From sequence record LC620505.1: DNA of 64,000 nucleotides, one strand, 5' to 3'. Every line of letters starts with the position of its first letter. The stretch's first letter is position 1. Positions 9,824-20,216 of the stretch are shown piece by piece. The notes beneath the pieces are model-generated. The model was not told the origin of the DNA. It was given only the letters and a program-made list of their open reading frames with translations, and made no database searches. A program made the translations under genes and the position numbers. This DNA comes from Escherichia phage NiC89.

Positions 9824-9853
9824 ATAGTACCACGGTCCTTGTGGTATGTAAAC
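9824..9853 (-). promoter_or_regulatory. T4-type early promoter
   Basis: GTTTAC (9848-9853), 18-bp spacer, TGGTACTAT; conserved downstream ACAACTATCAACTGATACGGATTTGGAG. Confidence 0.6.
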
Positions 9854-9870
9854 CGTTTTGTGAAAAATTT

Positions 9871-10428
9871 TTAAATGGAAAGATACCATCCGTTGTAGTT
9901 GCTTTTTCTTACAACCTTACGAAGGTCTTCTCTGCCACCGATGAACTTCGGAGTGTACTGGATGACACCTGGATGAATTTCTTTAGTGTTGAATATAATT
10001 ATACAGTCAGCGACTTGATGATTTAGAATGGGCCCTAAATTTATTCCAGAACCATATGGATACTCTCCGCTGCATCCCGTTGTTACCGAAATCCAACGCG
10101 AGTCAGTTTGATGTGTTTTGACTTCTACACGAAGCCCGCAATATTTTGGATGCGCTAAAACATCCCATGCATACGTGTACGGATCATCGACATTTTCTTG
10201 GCCTTTATTGACATATCCGCTTAGCCAATCTGCCACAAAAAACTCTGCGTACACAGCGATACGGCATCTTTCGATAACTTCTGCTTTATCCTGGTTCGGG
10301 TTTTGTTTTAAAGAGTATCTTGCTGTATCAGCAATTTTGACCTTCATTTCACTAGTCAAGTCACTGTTCGATAGGGTAAATGTCGGAATCTGAAATAGTC
10401 TCTGTAAACCCGGATTCGTTTTCTGCAT
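9871..10428 (-). CDS. denB: Endonuclease IV DenB (putative)
   Basis: 185 aa, same length as T4 DenB; position between ndd block and rIIB. Confidence 0.6.
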   Translation of the reverse strand: MQKTNPGLQRLFQIPTFTLSNSDLTSEMKVKIADTARYSLKQNPNQDKAEVIERCRIAVYAEFFVADWLSGYVNKGQENVDDPYTYAWDVLAHPKYCGLRVEVKTHQTDSRWISVTTGCSGEYPYGSGINLGPILNHQVADCIIIFNTKEIHPGVIQYTPKFIGGREDLRKVVRKSNYNGWYLSI

Positions 10429-10472
10429 TAAACTTTCCTTTTACGTCGGAATCATAATTTCTCTTAAAACAA

Positions 10473-10488
10473 AAGGGCCGAAGCCCTT
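10473..10488 (-). terminator. UUCG-loop hairpin (aagggc-cgaa-gccctt on + strand)
   Basis: GC stem with UUCG tetraloop on the - strand RNA, U-rich tail; immediately 3' of ORF 10492..10686. Confidence 0.5.
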
Positions 10489-10491
10489 ATT

Positions 10492-10686
10492 TTATTTGAA
10501 TTGTGCGATTCTTTTCTCTAGACACTCAGCATAAGATTTCATTGAGATGAACTGTGAAAGCAGCAGTTCTTGCTCAACTGCACTAACCGTTAGAAACTTT
10601 GTGCTTTCTAAAAATTTGCTCAGTGCATTAATTTTGAGCATTAATTGATCGTATTCTTCTTTTACTCGTGCTTGATAACCTAACAT
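10492..10686 (-). CDS. Hypothetical protein, 64 aa, predicted coiled coil
   Basis: ORF between rIIB and denB, flanked by hairpins. Confidence 0.5.
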   Translation of the reverse strand: MLGYQARVKEEYDQLMLKINALSKFLESTKFLTVSAVEQELLLSQFISMKSYAECLEKRIAQFK

Positions 10687-10701
10687 AAATTTCCTTTAGT
10701 C

Positions 10702-10717
10702 AAGGGCCGAAGCCCTT
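10702..10717 (-). terminator. UUCG-loop hairpin overlapping rIIB stop
   Basis: Same agggccgaagccctt core as at 10473. Confidence 0.45.
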
Positions 10718-11654
10718 ATTTAAATTGTTCAGTAACGTCTTCAACTACTTCGTATTGGCAGGTACGCATTTTAGCATCGTTGTAATCAATCGGAATTGAT
10801 ACTACATCACGTGGATGTACTTTAACTTTTACAACTCGGCTGGTTGAACTGCCAAAGTGACGAATATAAGATTTAGAACACACATGCAGACCACGAGAAC
10901 AAGTTTGTGTATCATCGTCATTCACACGAGTACGTGGCATTTTAACTACTTTACCAGGACTGTTATCAAAGGTGTTTGAGTGACAGTCAAAGTAGTTGTC
11001 ACGAACTACTTTCCAAGCATAGAAGTAACCATCTTCTGTAATTTCAATATCGTTTGCTACCAAGAAATCAAAGAGTCGAGATACCGCTTTCTGGCTTGGG
11101 TTTTCCAGCAGATTTTCCAAGAACGGAAAATAAAATTCAAAGTTTTCACCTTTTTCCATTGAATCGAGAATACGATCAACTAAACCAGACCGTAATTCGA
11201 TATTTTGATAGAACAAGCTTCCGCCTTCAATTCGAACATCGCCGGAAATATATTTTTCAACAGCGCGACGAACATTAATTTTTTGTGCCGCTTCTTCCAA
11301 CTTATCTGCTACAAGCAGATTAAGAATTTCCTGGAAGTTTGAATGAGTATTAGGAGTTGCGTTATAAGTTACACCGTCAACAGTAATTGAAATGAATTTT
11401 TTAGATGCATTCCAAATAATGTCAGATTTAGCAACTGGAGCAATAACTGCATCGCTATTAACTTTAATTGTAATATCACCGCTAATAGTAACTTTAGAGC
11501 GTTTAGCTTCTTCAGCATTTTTCAAAACACGACGAATTGTGTCAACCGATACACCTTGCCAATCAGCCAATTCCTGTTGGGTGTAATTACCGCTTGAATA
11601 CAATTTAACAATTTCAGCTTGTTCGTTTTTGGTCAGGCATTTAATATTGTACAT
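10716..11654 (-). CDS. rIIB: rIIB membrane-associated protein
   Basis: 312 aa, same length as T4 rIIB; adjacent to rIIA. Confidence 0.85.
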   Translation of the reverse strand: MYNIKCLTKNEQAEIVKLYSSGNYTQQELADWQGVSVDTIRRVLKNAEEAKRSKVTISGDITIKVNSDAVIAPVAKSDIIWNASKKFISITVDGVTYNATPNTHSNFQEILNLLVADKLEEAAQKINVRRAVEKYISGDVRIEGGSLFYQNIELRSGLVDRILDSMEKGENFEFYFPFLENLLENPSQKAVSRLFDFLVANDIEITEDGYFYAWKVVRDNYFDCHSNTFDNSPGKVVKMPRTRVNDDDTQTCSRGLHVCSKSYIRHFGSSTSRVVKVKVHPRDVVSIPIDYNDAKMRTCQYEVVEDVTEQFK

Positions 11655-11665
11655 AATTTTCCTTA

Positions 11666-13843
11666 TTAGGCCGCAAGGGCCTTCATAGTTTTAGCGATTT
11701 GGGAAACTTCATCATCACTCAAAGAGTTACGATAACCGATGAAGTCGGAAACAATACGGAATTTCTTGGTAAACTCGGCAACCATTTTATCACTATTTTT
11801 TGAAGCATTACGTGATAATTCATCAAAGAGATTAGTTACTGTCCAGATATCATGACCGATGGTATCTTTTCCACCATTGAAATACACACCGCGTAATGAA
11901 CTAACCATATTACCAAGTCGTGTATATTCTTCAGAAACTTCATCTGTACTGAAGTACTTCATCATAAAATCTAGTTCAGGATACTTGATAATTTTATCAA
12001 TATATCGTTGAGCTGAACTTGAATAACCTACATACTTATCATAATCTACATCATCAAAAGCATCTACATATAAATCACGCAAAGCTTCAAAAATACATTG
12101 GCACTGACCGAGTTCTTTTACCTTTTTCTGTAAAAGCGGACGAATAACATAAAATTCATTAATGCCAATAAGATTAGCCATACGAATCAAAATATTCATA
12201 GATGGATGACAAAGTGATGTAGTACCATCCATAGAGAAAATATCAGAACGATGCATATACGCTACATAACCAGTAATTTCATCTGCTTCTGACGTAAGTG
12301 TAAATAGTTCCTCTTTTTCCCATCGTCCATCTTTAATTTCAAATTTAAATGCTGTAGCAGCTTTAGGACGAGGAGCTTTACTTTTAACTACCTTTGGAAT
12401 ATAGCTTTTAACTAAAGCTTCAATTTCTGACAAATAATGAATGTTAACTTCATCACTTTCAAACATTGCCATAATATCAGGTAGTAAATCAATCTGCGAT
12501 TCTACTTCCGGATTAATAAACAGAAGACGCTCATTGTGATGAATATTTAAAGTGTTATTAAATTCACTATCATCTAACGCATGCGCTAATCCACGGACAA
12601 TATTAACACGATTTTTAATATTATCAATAACGATATTAATTTTTGTTGTATTAATACCAAACAGACGATAACTTGATGCAACGGCTGAAGTTTCATGGCT
12701 TTGCTTAATGCGTTTCAGTCGAGGGTCAAGATTTACTTCATACACAACTCCTGCATTGCATAACTTACTGTCAGGTTCAAACATGCTCTGCATCTTCTTA
12801 TATGACAGATTTTTAGTCGTGAATTTGACTGAATTACTAATCATATAATCTCGAGCAGAATACCCCATCTTCATCAATTCACGATATGTATGACGAGGAG
12901 ATGTAGATTCTTTAAATCGTTTTACATCTTCATTAAATGCTTTCTCACTGAGTTCTTTAACTCGTTCAATAATATTTTTACGAGTGCGATCATCTAATGA
13001 AAGAGCTTCGCGTGATGGAGCAATATCAAGTGAACCCATTGGAAACTTAATGTAATTCACTTCATTGCGAATGCTTAGCCAGTTACGCTCTCTAATAACG
13101 CCATCGATAGGATAAACAATACCGCCATAGATAGCATATAATCCACCACGATCAGGCCAGTATCTTTCTGGATTTACACCGTAATAGTCATCAAAATCCG
13201 GAAAATAATCAATTTCACGGTCAAGACCATTAATAATAGCTAAATCTTTGAACGGTCGCATGATATAAGAAACTTCATAAGCAAAGTTGCTAAAATCTTT
13301 TTCTTCAACTGGAACTACAATTTCAATACCAGTTTTATCATCTGGACCCATTTCTTTCACGAATGTAGGTTTAATTTGTGGACCATCGCCATCCATGTAA
13401 GCTACATAACCACGAATTTCACCTTTATGATACGAAGTAATACTAAATGTATCAGTATAACTAAACGGAGATTTAGAACCTAAACCAAATCCGCCAATGA
13501 AATCGTTAGATTCAGCCTTAGATGAACTGAAGTATGAATTATACAAACCAGGAGAATTATCATCACCCTGAATATCAAAATCACTCATACCCGGACCAAA
13601 ATCTCGGCAAACAAATCGTGGATCTAAACGTCCAGGAACTTGAATGATAAATTTTTCAGGATTTCCATTGAGAGCATGGGCATCAATCATGTTGGTAATC
13701 AATTCACGAACAACTGCGCGAATTTTGTTTGTATACAAATCAGATGACAGAATTTTAAATACTTTAGGAGATGCTGTGATGCTAAATGCTTTTGATTTAG
13801 AACCATTACCAAGAATTGTTTCTTTTTCAGTGGTGATAATCAT
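11666..13843 (-). CDS. rIIA: rIIA protein
   Basis: 725 aa, same length as T4 rIIA; N-terminal GHKL-ATPase-like motifs ([15 protein letters not shown]). Confidence 0.9.
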   Translation of the reverse strand: MIITTEKETILGNGSKSKAFSITASPKVFKILSSDLYTNKIRAVVRELITNMIDAHALNGNPEKFIIQVPGRLDPRFVCRDFGPGMSDFDIQGDDNSPGLYNSYFSSSKAESNDFIGGFGLGSKSPFSYTDTFSITSYHKGEIRGYVAYMDGDGPQIKPTFVKEMGPDDKTGIEIVVPVEEKDFSNFAYEVSYIMRPFKDLAIINGLDREIDYFPDFDDYYGVNPERYWPDRGGLYAIYGGIVYPIDGVIRERNWLSIRNEVNYIKFPMGSLDIAPSREALSLDDRTRKNIIERVKELSEKAFNEDVKRFKESTSPRHTYRELMKMGYSARDYMISNSVKFTTKNLSYKKMQSMFEPDSKLCNAGVVYEVNLDPRLKRIKQSHETSAVASSYRLFGINTTKINIVIDNIKNRVNIVRGLAHALDDSEFNNTLNIHHNERLLFINPEVESQIDLLPDIMAMFESDEVNIHYLSEIEALVKSYIPKVVKSKAPRPKAATAFKFEIKDGRWEKEELFTLTSEADEITGYVAYMHRSDIFSMDGTTSLCHPSMNILIRMANLIGINEFYVIRPLLQKKVKELGQCQCIFEALRDLYVDAFDDVDYDKYVGYSSSAQRYIDKIIKYPELDFMMKYFSTDEVSEEYTRLGNMVSSLRGVYFNGGKDTIGHDIWTVTNLFDELSRNASKNSDKMVAEFTKKFRIVSDFIGYRNSLSDDEVSQIAKTMKALAA
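11668..11682 (-). terminator. Short hairpin (aggcc-gcaag-ggcct) at rIIA stop
   Basis: 5-bp GC stem between rIIA and rIIB. Confidence 0.3.
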
Positions 13844-13907
13844 AATTTCCTCATTAATTCATATTACGCTTAATAACTTCAGCAACTTCTAGTAGTTCAT
13901 CTTTAGT

Positions 13908-14057
13908 TGCAGTGTCGGATTGAATTTTATCTCTAATATCCTTAAAGCGGTTTTAAACTCTTCGGCTTCTCCCATATCGAAAAAGCGTTGGATGATTCTA
14001 TATTCTCGATGAACTGCTTTATCAAAAAGTTCTAAATTTACTTTATATGATTTCATT
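13908..14057 (-). CDS. Small protein, 49 aa (rIIA.1-like by position; not in ORF track)
   Basis: Hand-translated MKSYKVNLELFDKAVHREYRIIQRFFDMGEAEEFKTALRILEIKFNPTLQLKMNY; between promoter at 14082 and rIIA. Confidence 0.35.
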
Positions 14058-14081
14058 TCAATATCCTCATTTGCCCAATTA

Positions 14082-14111
14082 ATTATACCACATCCTTGTG
14101 GTAAAGTAAAC
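14082..14111 (-). promoter_or_regulatory. T4-type early promoter
   Basis: GTTTAC (14106-14111), 18-bp spacer, TGGTATAAT. Confidence 0.6.
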
Positions 14112-15931
14112 TACTGGCTCATCCATTCTTTACGAAGGTCAGCGTTATCTCCCATGAGCATTTCAAAAAGCTCTTTCCAGTTCTCAGGAAGTTTAACAAC
14201 ATCATATACTGGGTTTTGAATCATCTCACGATATTCAGATTTTTCCAAAGAGCCAAGTCCCTTAATATAACGGATGCTATGTTTAGGTAGAGCATCTTTG
14301 GCACTCTCATATTCAGCGACTGTATAAAACCATTCTTGTTTTTTACCGACCTGAGCGATGATTACAGGAGTTTTGACGAAACGAATTCTTCCTTGTTCAA
14401 ACAGTTCTGGCCAATTACTAAAAAATCCGAGCAGAGAAGGATAAATGCTTCCTAAACCATCATGGTCAGCATCGGTCATAATAGCAATATTATGATAATT
14501 CAAGTTTTCAGCTTTTTCACCAAGAACTAATCCAGTGATTGCGCAAATATCAAATAGTTCTTTGTTTTTAAGCATATCTGCATATGACATACCCCAACTG
14601 TTGAGAACTTTACCACGCAATGGATAACCACCGTGAAGTTCTTTATCACGAACATCAATAAGATATCCGATAGCCGAATCACCCTCAGTCAAGAAAAGAG
14701 TAGTGTCAGCATCTTTACCGCAAAGATTCGCTTTGATATGTTTATGAACCTTAGCTTTAGAAGCCTTTTTAGCTGCTTTAGTTTCTGCTGCTTTTTCTGC
14801 TGCTAATTTACGTGCTAAAGCAGCTTCAATAATCGGCATTAAAATTGCTTCATTATTTAGAATAGCGCGTGAAATCTTTTTAGCATCAAGTTGAATATGA
14901 CTACGAATTTCACCAAAAGGAGAAGTAAGTCGTTCTTTAGTTTGAGAATCAAATCGCATGTTTTTCATATCACGGACAAACATAACGATAGTCAAACATT
15001 CTTTGACACGCGCTTTAGTTACATCAATTTTGAACTTACGTTTGATTTGTGGAATAAGGTCTTCACAAATATCATCCATAACACAGTCAATGTGATGGCC
15101 ACCATTCTTAGTGTGAATGTTATTCACATAAGTTAATTGACGAAAACCATCAGGTGAACGACCAACCGCAATAGAACAATTTTCTTGTTCTTGAACAATA
15201 GCATGTTCATCATACTGCCGTGCATATTTCTTAAAATTGCCCTGAACCTTTTTACCATTAAAAGTAAATTGAATATCAGGATAAACAACAGCAAGTGTCT
15301 GAAGACGATCTAGTGTAATGTCAAGATAAACTTGGGACAGCTCATTAGTTTCAAATGACATAAAATCAGGAATGAAAGTAACACGAGTTCCTTTCCATTT
15401 TCCTGGAATAGTTTCCCATGATTTATTTTCCATGCCATTTGAACAACGAACTACAATATTATTTTGACCATCGCCAGTTTCACCGACAAACATCACAGAA
15501 AAAATGTTAGTTAAACTAGAACCAACACCATTCATACCACCGGTGACACGTTCTTTATCATCACCAAAGTTACCACCTGCTTTTGGAATAGTCCACGCAG
15601 CAACAGGACCAGGAATTTCTTCACCAGTAGGTGTTTTAACCATCGCTTGTGGAATACCGCGACCGTTATCTTCAACTGTCACCTGATTATTTTTAATGGT
15701 AACATTAATTTTATTTGCGAACTTAAATTTAGTACGAATACCTTCATCGACTGAGTTATCGATAATTTCATCAATAAGCTTAACAAGACCAGGTACATAC
15801 TGAACACTTTCCCATTTACCAAACAGAAAGCGCTCATGCATTTCATTAGCAGAAGAGCCAATGTACATGCCACTACGCTTTTTGATATGTTCAATATCGC
15901 TCAGAATTTTAATTTCATTCTTAATCATCAC
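14111..15931 (-). CDS. 39: DNA topoisomerase II large subunit gp39 (GyrB-like), unsplit
   Basis: 606 aa; N-terminal GyrB ATPase motifs; C-terminal ~160 aa correspond to what is a separate gene 60 in T4, read here in one frame with no bypass. Confidence 0.9.
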   Translation of the reverse strand: MMIKNEIKILSDIEHIKKRSGMYIGSSANEMHERFLFGKWESVQYVPGLVKLIDEIIDNSVDEGIRTKFKFANKINVTIKNNQVTVEDNGRGIPQAMVKTPTGEEIPGPVAAWTIPKAGGNFGDDKERVTGGMNGVGSSLTNIFSVMFVGETGDGQNNIVVRCSNGMENKSWETIPGKWKGTRVTFIPDFMSFETNELSQVYLDITLDRLQTLAVVYPDIQFTFNGKKVQGNFKKYARQYDEHAIVQEQENCSIAVGRSPDGFRQLTYVNNIHTKNGGHHIDCVMDDICEDLIPQIKRKFKIDVTKARVKECLTIVMFVRDMKNMRFDSQTKERLTSPFGEIRSHIQLDAKKISRAILNNEAILMPIIEAALARKLAAEKAAETKAAKKASKAKVHKHIKANLCGKDADTTLFLTEGDSAIGYLIDVRDKELHGGYPLRGKVLNSWGMSYADMLKNKELFDICAITGLVLGEKAENLNYHNIAIMTDADHDGLGSIYPSLLGFFSNWPELFEQGRIRFVKTPVIIAQVGKKQEWFYTVAEYESAKDALPKHSIRYIKGLGSLEKSEYREMIQNPVYDVVKLPENWKELFEMLMGDNADLRKEWMSQ

Positions 15932-15956
15932 TTATCCTCGTTTGGTTTCGGGAATA

Positions 15957-15980
15957 TTATACTCCGGTAATCATAAAGCT
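15957..15980 (-). promoter_or_regulatory. Candidate middle promoter upstream of gene 39
   Basis: On - strand AGCTTTA (MotA-box-like, 6/7), 12-bp spacer, TATAAT. Confidence 0.35.
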
Positions 15981-15998
15981 AAAGGCCCGAAGGCCTTT
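15981..15998 (-). terminator. UUCG-loop hairpin (aaggcc-cgaa-ggcctt)
   Basis: Located at the stop of ORF 15998..16267. Confidence 0.45.
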
Positions 15999-16267
15999 TA
16001 TTTAAAACGAATAGTTGAATCCTTAAAGAACAGCCCAGAACATACTGTTCCTTCTACTTTCTGCCCGGTAGGTCCAATAGCACGAAATCCAGTATGTTGG
16101 AAATCATTTTCAGAGCAACCGAACCAGTTATATCCAGTGATTTCAATATTCGTAAAACCACTTGATGATAAAATTTTAGTTGCATTATCAGCATCAGTAC
16201 ATCCTACTAAAGATACTGCTAATACTAATGCTGCGATAGAACGATTAACATATTTCATAATTTTCAC
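15998..16267 (-). CDS. Putative lipoprotein, 89 aa
   Basis: Signal peptide with lipobox LVGC|T. Confidence 0.55.
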   Translation of the reverse strand: MKIMKYVNRSIAALVLAVSLVGCTDADNATKILSSSGFTNIEITGYNWFGCSENDFQHTGFRAIGPTGQKVEGTVCSGLFFKDSTIRFK

Positions 16268-16635
16268 TTAAATTTAATGGCTTGAAGGAGACTAATAATT
16301 CTCAAACGGCTTCTTTCATCTTTAACTGTAAAAGAAAGAGGGTCACCAGATTTCATAGTAATAGTGCATTCAAAATCAAAATCTTCTGTGACTTCTTCGA
16401 AGAAGTCAAATTCTTCATCATAAATTAGAACACTACTTTGCATACTATGAAGAGTTTTTCCATCATTTCCAGTTGCTGTACCAATCATCGTAACATTACG
16501 ACCTTTCATATCTTCAACGATAAATTCGCTTGTCGATATTACAACATTAATAGAACTATTTCTATGAATAGCAGAAAATAGAAATTTCTTTTCTTCGCCT
16601 TCGCGAATACGATACTTCTTACCAATTTTAAACAT
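16264..16635 (-). CDS. Hypothetical protein, 123 aa
   Basis: ORF with overlapping start/stop to neighbours. Confidence 0.55.
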   Translation of the reverse strand: MFKIGKKYRIREGEEKKFLFSAIHRNSSINVVISTSEFIVEDMKGRNVTMIGTATGNDGKTLHSMQSSVLIYDEEFDFFEEVTEDFDFECTITMKSGDPLSFTVKDERSRLRIISLLQAIKFK

Positions 16636-16637
16636 AA

Positions 16638-16814
16638 TTACCCTTTAAGTAAGTCGTAAAATCCACCATTCACATGCTTAGGAGCAGAAGGCCGACGAGT
16701 AGACAAACGATGACATTTAGGACAAACATCATTTTCTCGTTCAGAAATCTTTTTAATTTTTTCATATTCATGCCCGCAATCTTCGGATTGGCATTTATAA
16801 TCATACATTGGCAT
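16638..16814 (-). CDS. Zinc-ribbon small protein (FmdB-like CxxC...CxxC), 58 aa, not in ORF track
   Basis: Hand-translated MPMYDYKCQSEDCGHEYEKIKKISERENDVCPKCHRLSTRRP... Confidence 0.5.
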   Translation of the reverse strand: MPMYDYKCQSEDCGHEYEKIKKISERENDVCPKCHRLSTRRPSAPKHVNGGFYDLLKG

Positions 16815-16816
16815 AA

Positions 16817-17242
16817 TTATTCCTTAAAATGTGCTTTCAGCATCTGATACAAAGACCATGCCTGTTCATTATTTTCAATAGTAACTTTCATGACCGGGAA
16901 TTCTGTGAAATCTTCTATTTGTTCTTGCTCTTTCTCTTCCTGCTCTTGCTCTTCGGCTGCCTGGTATGGATTTTCCACTTCATCAAAGAACGCAGCTTCG
17001 CTCGTTGAAAGCCAGATAAAATCTTCATCCAAAATATCTTTACCAGAAGATAACGCCAATTTTCCACTAGATGTCACAATTTTAGTAGGACGACCAAGAT
17101 AGTCAATATCTGTAACTCTAAAAGGTTCCATACCAAGACGACGTGCATAAATTCCATTTTCAGTATGGTCCTTGATAAAATTTTCTTGAGCTTGTTTATT
17201 TTTAAATTGATACCATTTATTAACTTCAAATTTAGTAGCCAT
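16817..17242 (-). CDS. Hypothetical acidic protein, 141 aa
   Basis: ORF with [12 protein letters not shown] acidic linker. Confidence 0.55.
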   Translation of the reverse strand: MATKFEVNKWYQFKNKQAQENFIKDHTENGIYARRLGMEPFRVTDIDYLGRPTKIVTSSGKLALSSGKDILDEDFIWLSTSEAAFFDEVENPYQAAEEQEQEEKEQEQIEDFTEFPVMKVTIENNEQAWSLYQMLKAHFKE

Positions 17243-17457
17243 TAATAAGTTTCCTTCCAGTAAGTTGTGCCATCTTCAGTAATTTCACGGAATACACCAT
17301 AAATCGGTTGTTTATCACCGACTTTCTCATACACATAAACCGAAGTCAAGTGAGTAAACTTAACGGTATGTTCCTTTTGAACCACTACCAAATCTGGATC
17401 AAATAATACATCTTCAAATTCGTCATTAGTGCAATTCTGAACAATTTTACGTTTCAT
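17242..17457 (-). CDS. Hypothetical protein, 71 aa
   Basis: ORF, ATGA-type overlap with neighbour. Confidence 0.5.
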   Translation of the reverse strand: MKRKIVQNCTNDEFEDVLFDPDLVVVQKEHTVKFTHLTSVYVYEKVGDKQPIYGVFREITEDGTTYWKETY

Positions 17458-17470
17458 TACAATTTCCTCA

Positions 17471-17740
17471 TTAATTGAACAGTGGAGCGATGCGTTTCAG
17501 AAGAATAGCAGCACCTTTAGCGAATTTTACATCATGAAAAACAGTTTCTTCTTCCGTTACAACACGAGCTTTAATGTTTTCACAATCCCAATTTTTGCGA
17601 ACAATCTTCAAAAGCTGCAGTAAATCTTTACATTCAGCAATATCGATAACACATCCACGAGAATCTTCCATTATCGCACGATAACCGTAAGCCATACCAT
17701 AATCGTTGAAAGATTGCTCGATGATAATTAAGTTTTCCAT
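17471..17740 (-). CDS. Hypothetical protein, 89 aa
   Basis: Track ORF begins MENKMENL; start taken at second Met after conserved leader. Confidence 0.5.
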   Translation of the reverse strand: MENLIIIEQSFNDYGMAYGYRAIMEDSRGCVIDIAECKDLLQLLKIVRKNWDCENIKARVVTEEETVFHDVKFAKGAAILLKRIAPLFN

Positions 17741-17764
17741 TTTATTCTCCAAGTTATTTTCTGT

Positions 17765-17807
17765 ATCAGTAGTTGATATTGATATAGTACCATAATCAAC
17801 TACTGAT
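17765..17807 (-). repeat. 13-bp perfect inverted repeat (ATCAGTAGTTGAT / ATCAACTACTGAT) flanking a TGGTACTAT -10-like core
   Basis: Seen directly; variant of the conserved early-promoter cassette but without a GTTTAC -35. Confidence 0.6.
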
Positions 17808-17837
17808 GTATATAGTTTTATGAAAAAATTTTAAACT

Positions 17838-18335
17838 TTATGCATAGCGAGCTTTGCTATAGTGTTTAATCCAACTTTCAGGAATGACTTTGTATGTTCC
17901 TAAAAATACCGCGTTGTACAGCTTAACACCGTCTTCTACCCACTGATCGGTAATGTATGCGCACATAGCACGAGTACGGTGTTTTTGAACAACCCCTTCC
18001 TCATCTTCAGTAAATTCGAATTCATAAGGAGCAACGAACTTAATAGCTTGACCGAGTTTCCACTTAAAGTCTACGCCTACATGCGAAGTATCAATCGTTT
18101 CAATTCCTTTAGCAGGAACAGCTTTCAAAAACGCAGATTCAAGAAATTTCGCACGAACATAGCCAAACTGAGGTTTAGACTTTCCATCTTTAGGAATGAT
18201 ACGCACTTTTACTTCAGAATCTTCATCTTTAACACCGTGTTTAAGCTGAATGCTTACAATTTCAACCAATTTTCCTGCTGCTTTAGAACGGGATTTATCA
18301 GATACACGAGCAATTTCACCAATATTAATAATCAT
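17838..18335 (-). CDS. Hypothetical protein, 165 aa; paralogue of 18412..18954
   Basis: Shares C-terminal motif CAYITDQWVEDGVKLYNAVFLG with neighbour (CGWVTDQWIEDGVELLNVVHAG). Confidence 0.55.
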   Translation of the reverse strand: MIINIGEIARVSDKSRSKAAGKLVEIVSIQLKHGVKDEDSEVKVRIIPKDGKSKPQFGYVRAKFLESAFLKAVPAKGIETIDTSHVGVDFKWKLGQAIKFVAPYEFEFTEDEEGVVQKHRTRAMCAYITDQWVEDGVKLYNAVFLGTYKVIPESWIKHYSKARYA

Positions 18336-18381
18336 AGTTATCTCTCACTTGTTAAAAAGATTTTATACTCCACGGGACCAG

Positions 18382-18409
18382 AGTATAACGGTCCCAAGAG
18401 TTTGTAAAC
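18382..18409 (-). promoter_or_regulatory. T4-type early promoter with embedded hairpin (gggacc...ggtccc)
   Basis: GTTTAC (18404-18409), ~16-bp spacer, TATACT; inverted repeat 18374-18395. Confidence 0.5.
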
Positions 18410-18411
18410 TA

Positions 18412-18954
18412 TTAATTTAAAATAGCTACCACCGCACTACGAGGTACTACACTAAAATCACCTGCATGAACAACGTTCAGAAGTTCAACACCATCTTCAA
18501 TCCACTGGTCTGTTACCCAACCACAAACCGAAATAAATGGGGTCTTGATAGCTACCGCACGAGTTAAAAGGTCAGTAGGATCGCATTCTTGAAAAAGGAT
18601 GAGCTCTGCTTCAAAAACTATAGTTTTAATTACTTCATCATTATCTAAACGTTGTACTCGAATCACGTAAGCTTTATTCTTATCATACCAGTTACTTTTT
18701 GAAAAGCTTTTAACCACAAACTCGCCTTCACCAAAAACATCAGTCAATGCTTTATAACCCAAATTTAGTTCAGTAGTTTTAATTTCAGTTTCAACTAGTT
18801 TGTAGATTTTGCCAATTTCGATGGTCCGAGCAGTCATAAATGTTTCCTTAATTTCTAATGGTTTAACGAGGGTGCCGTACATGCTTGCTATATCCATATC
18901 GAACGGTTTATCTACAGGATTCGGTGTGTATTCAGGATTATAATTAAATTTCAT
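18412..18954 (-). CDS. Hypothetical protein, 180 aa; paralogue of 17838..18335
   Basis: See paralogue motif. Confidence 0.55.
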   Translation of the reverse strand: MKFNYNPEYTPNPVDKPFDMDIASMYGTLVKPLEIKETFMTARTIEIGKIYKLVETEIKTTELNLGYKALTDVFGEGEFVVKSFSKSNWYDKNKAYVIRVQRLDNDEVIKTIVFEAELILFQECDPTDLLTRAVAIKTPFISVCGWVTDQWIEDGVELLNVVHAGDFSVVPRSAVVAILN

Positions 18955-18956
18955 AA

Positions 18957-19469
18957 TTATCTCATTTCAATAAAATCTACAAGTTCAGCATGGGATTTAC
19001 GGAACATTACTTGGTGCCCGCCAATGATAACTTCATCTTCAGGAACTTCATAAATCGCAATGTACATTCCACGATCTTTTAAGTCTTCACGCTCTTCTCG
19101 GGTGAACCATCTCATCATATCATATTCACTAGCGAAAGCAAAATGATATAATGCAATAAGCCACAATGGAATATAATTTTCAAATTGTGAATAATCTTTA
19201 TTCCATTTAGTTTTAATAGCATCATTAGCATTTTCAACTAATAACTTATCATCATGTGGAATAGGAATACTTTCATGGCTTTCATAATTATCGCTATGAT
19301 GGTGAAATGACGATGAATTAATACCGCAAAATTTTAGCCAAGTTCGAGTTTTCATAGAATCAAATCCACGATAAGGAGTTGATTGAACGCATAACTCTTG
19401 CCTAATTTTCACTATACCACTATCATCATTTAATGCGCTAAACGATGATTCAACACGATAAATTTTCAT
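18957..19469 (-). CDS. Hypothetical protein, 170 aa
   Basis: ORF downstream of early promoter at 19497. Confidence 0.55.
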   Translation of the reverse strand: MKIYRVESSFSALNDDSGIVKIRQELCVQSTPYRGFDSMKTRTWLKFCGINSSSFHHHSDNYESHESIPIPHDDKLLVENANDAIKTKWNKDYSQFENYIPLWLIALYHFAFASEYDMMRWFTREEREDLKDRGMYIAIYEVPEDEVIIGGHQVMFRKSHAELVDFIEMR

Positions 19470-19496
19470 TTTATTATCCTCAGTAGCTATGGTGTT

Positions 19497-19526
19497 ATAA
19501 TACCATAACTAACCGAGGAAGTAAAC
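19497..19526 (-). promoter_or_regulatory. T4-type early promoter
   Basis: GTTTAC (19521-19526), 18-bp spacer, TGGTATTAT. Confidence 0.55.
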
Positions 19527-19532
19527 AACTTT

Positions 19533-20216
19533 TTATCGTTTTGTTGGAAGAGATAGAGGATCACACTCTTCCTCTGACGGAGCATCTTCAAGACCCATAG
19601 CATATCGCAAAGCATACTTCATCATCAGGATGTCTTTCGCACAGTCATGAATAGAATCATGTGCAACGAATCCATCTAAAGTTCCCTTTGGAAGAGGACA
19701 AGTGGTCATATCACGAACGAGCAGAAGTGCTTCAATTCTGGTACGAATATCACGCTGATTCCAGAATTTACATGGTTCTAACTTAAATGTGTCAAGTTCA
19801 TTCTCGGAAACGCCGTTAAGACGCTGAATATCGCGAATGAGATCGACTAAAATTGGAAAATCAAACGACATTCCACGGCACCAGCCTTGAGATTTCCAAG
19901 GATCGATATTATGTGCATTGATGTAATCATTGAATTTTGCAATACCATCAATGGTGCTTACATCTTCATCGGATGGTGCAATATTTTTTCTAGCTTCAGG
20001 CGATTGATTTTTCCACCATTCAATAGTGCTTTTAGTAAAAAGACGGTGTCCTTTTTGGCTTTTTAAGTCAAATTTAATTTTAATGCCACGTGAAACTAGT
20101 TCATCGAATGTTTCAACAACTTCTGGGTTAGGGTCAAAAGCAATTACAGCCAAATCAATAACAGCTGCTTTTTCACCACTTCCCATCGTTTCAAAATCTA
20201 TAATAAAATCAAACAT
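19533..20216 (-). CDS. dexA: Exonuclease A (DexA), DEDD-type 3'-5' exonuclease
   Basis: 227 aa, same length as T4 DexA; N-terminal IIDFETMG (Exo I motif). Confidence 0.7.
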   Translation of the reverse strand: MFDFIIDFETMGSGEKAAVIDLAVIAFDPNPEVVETFDELVSRGIKIKFDLKSQKGHRLFTKSTIEWWKNQSPEARKNIAPSDEDVSTIDGIAKFNDYINAHNIDPWKSQGWCRGMSFDFPILVDLIRDIQRLNGVSENELDTFKLEPCKFWNQRDIRTRIEALLLVRDMTTCPLPKGTLDGFVAHDSIHDCAKDILMMKYALRYAMGLEDAPSEEECDPLSLPTKR

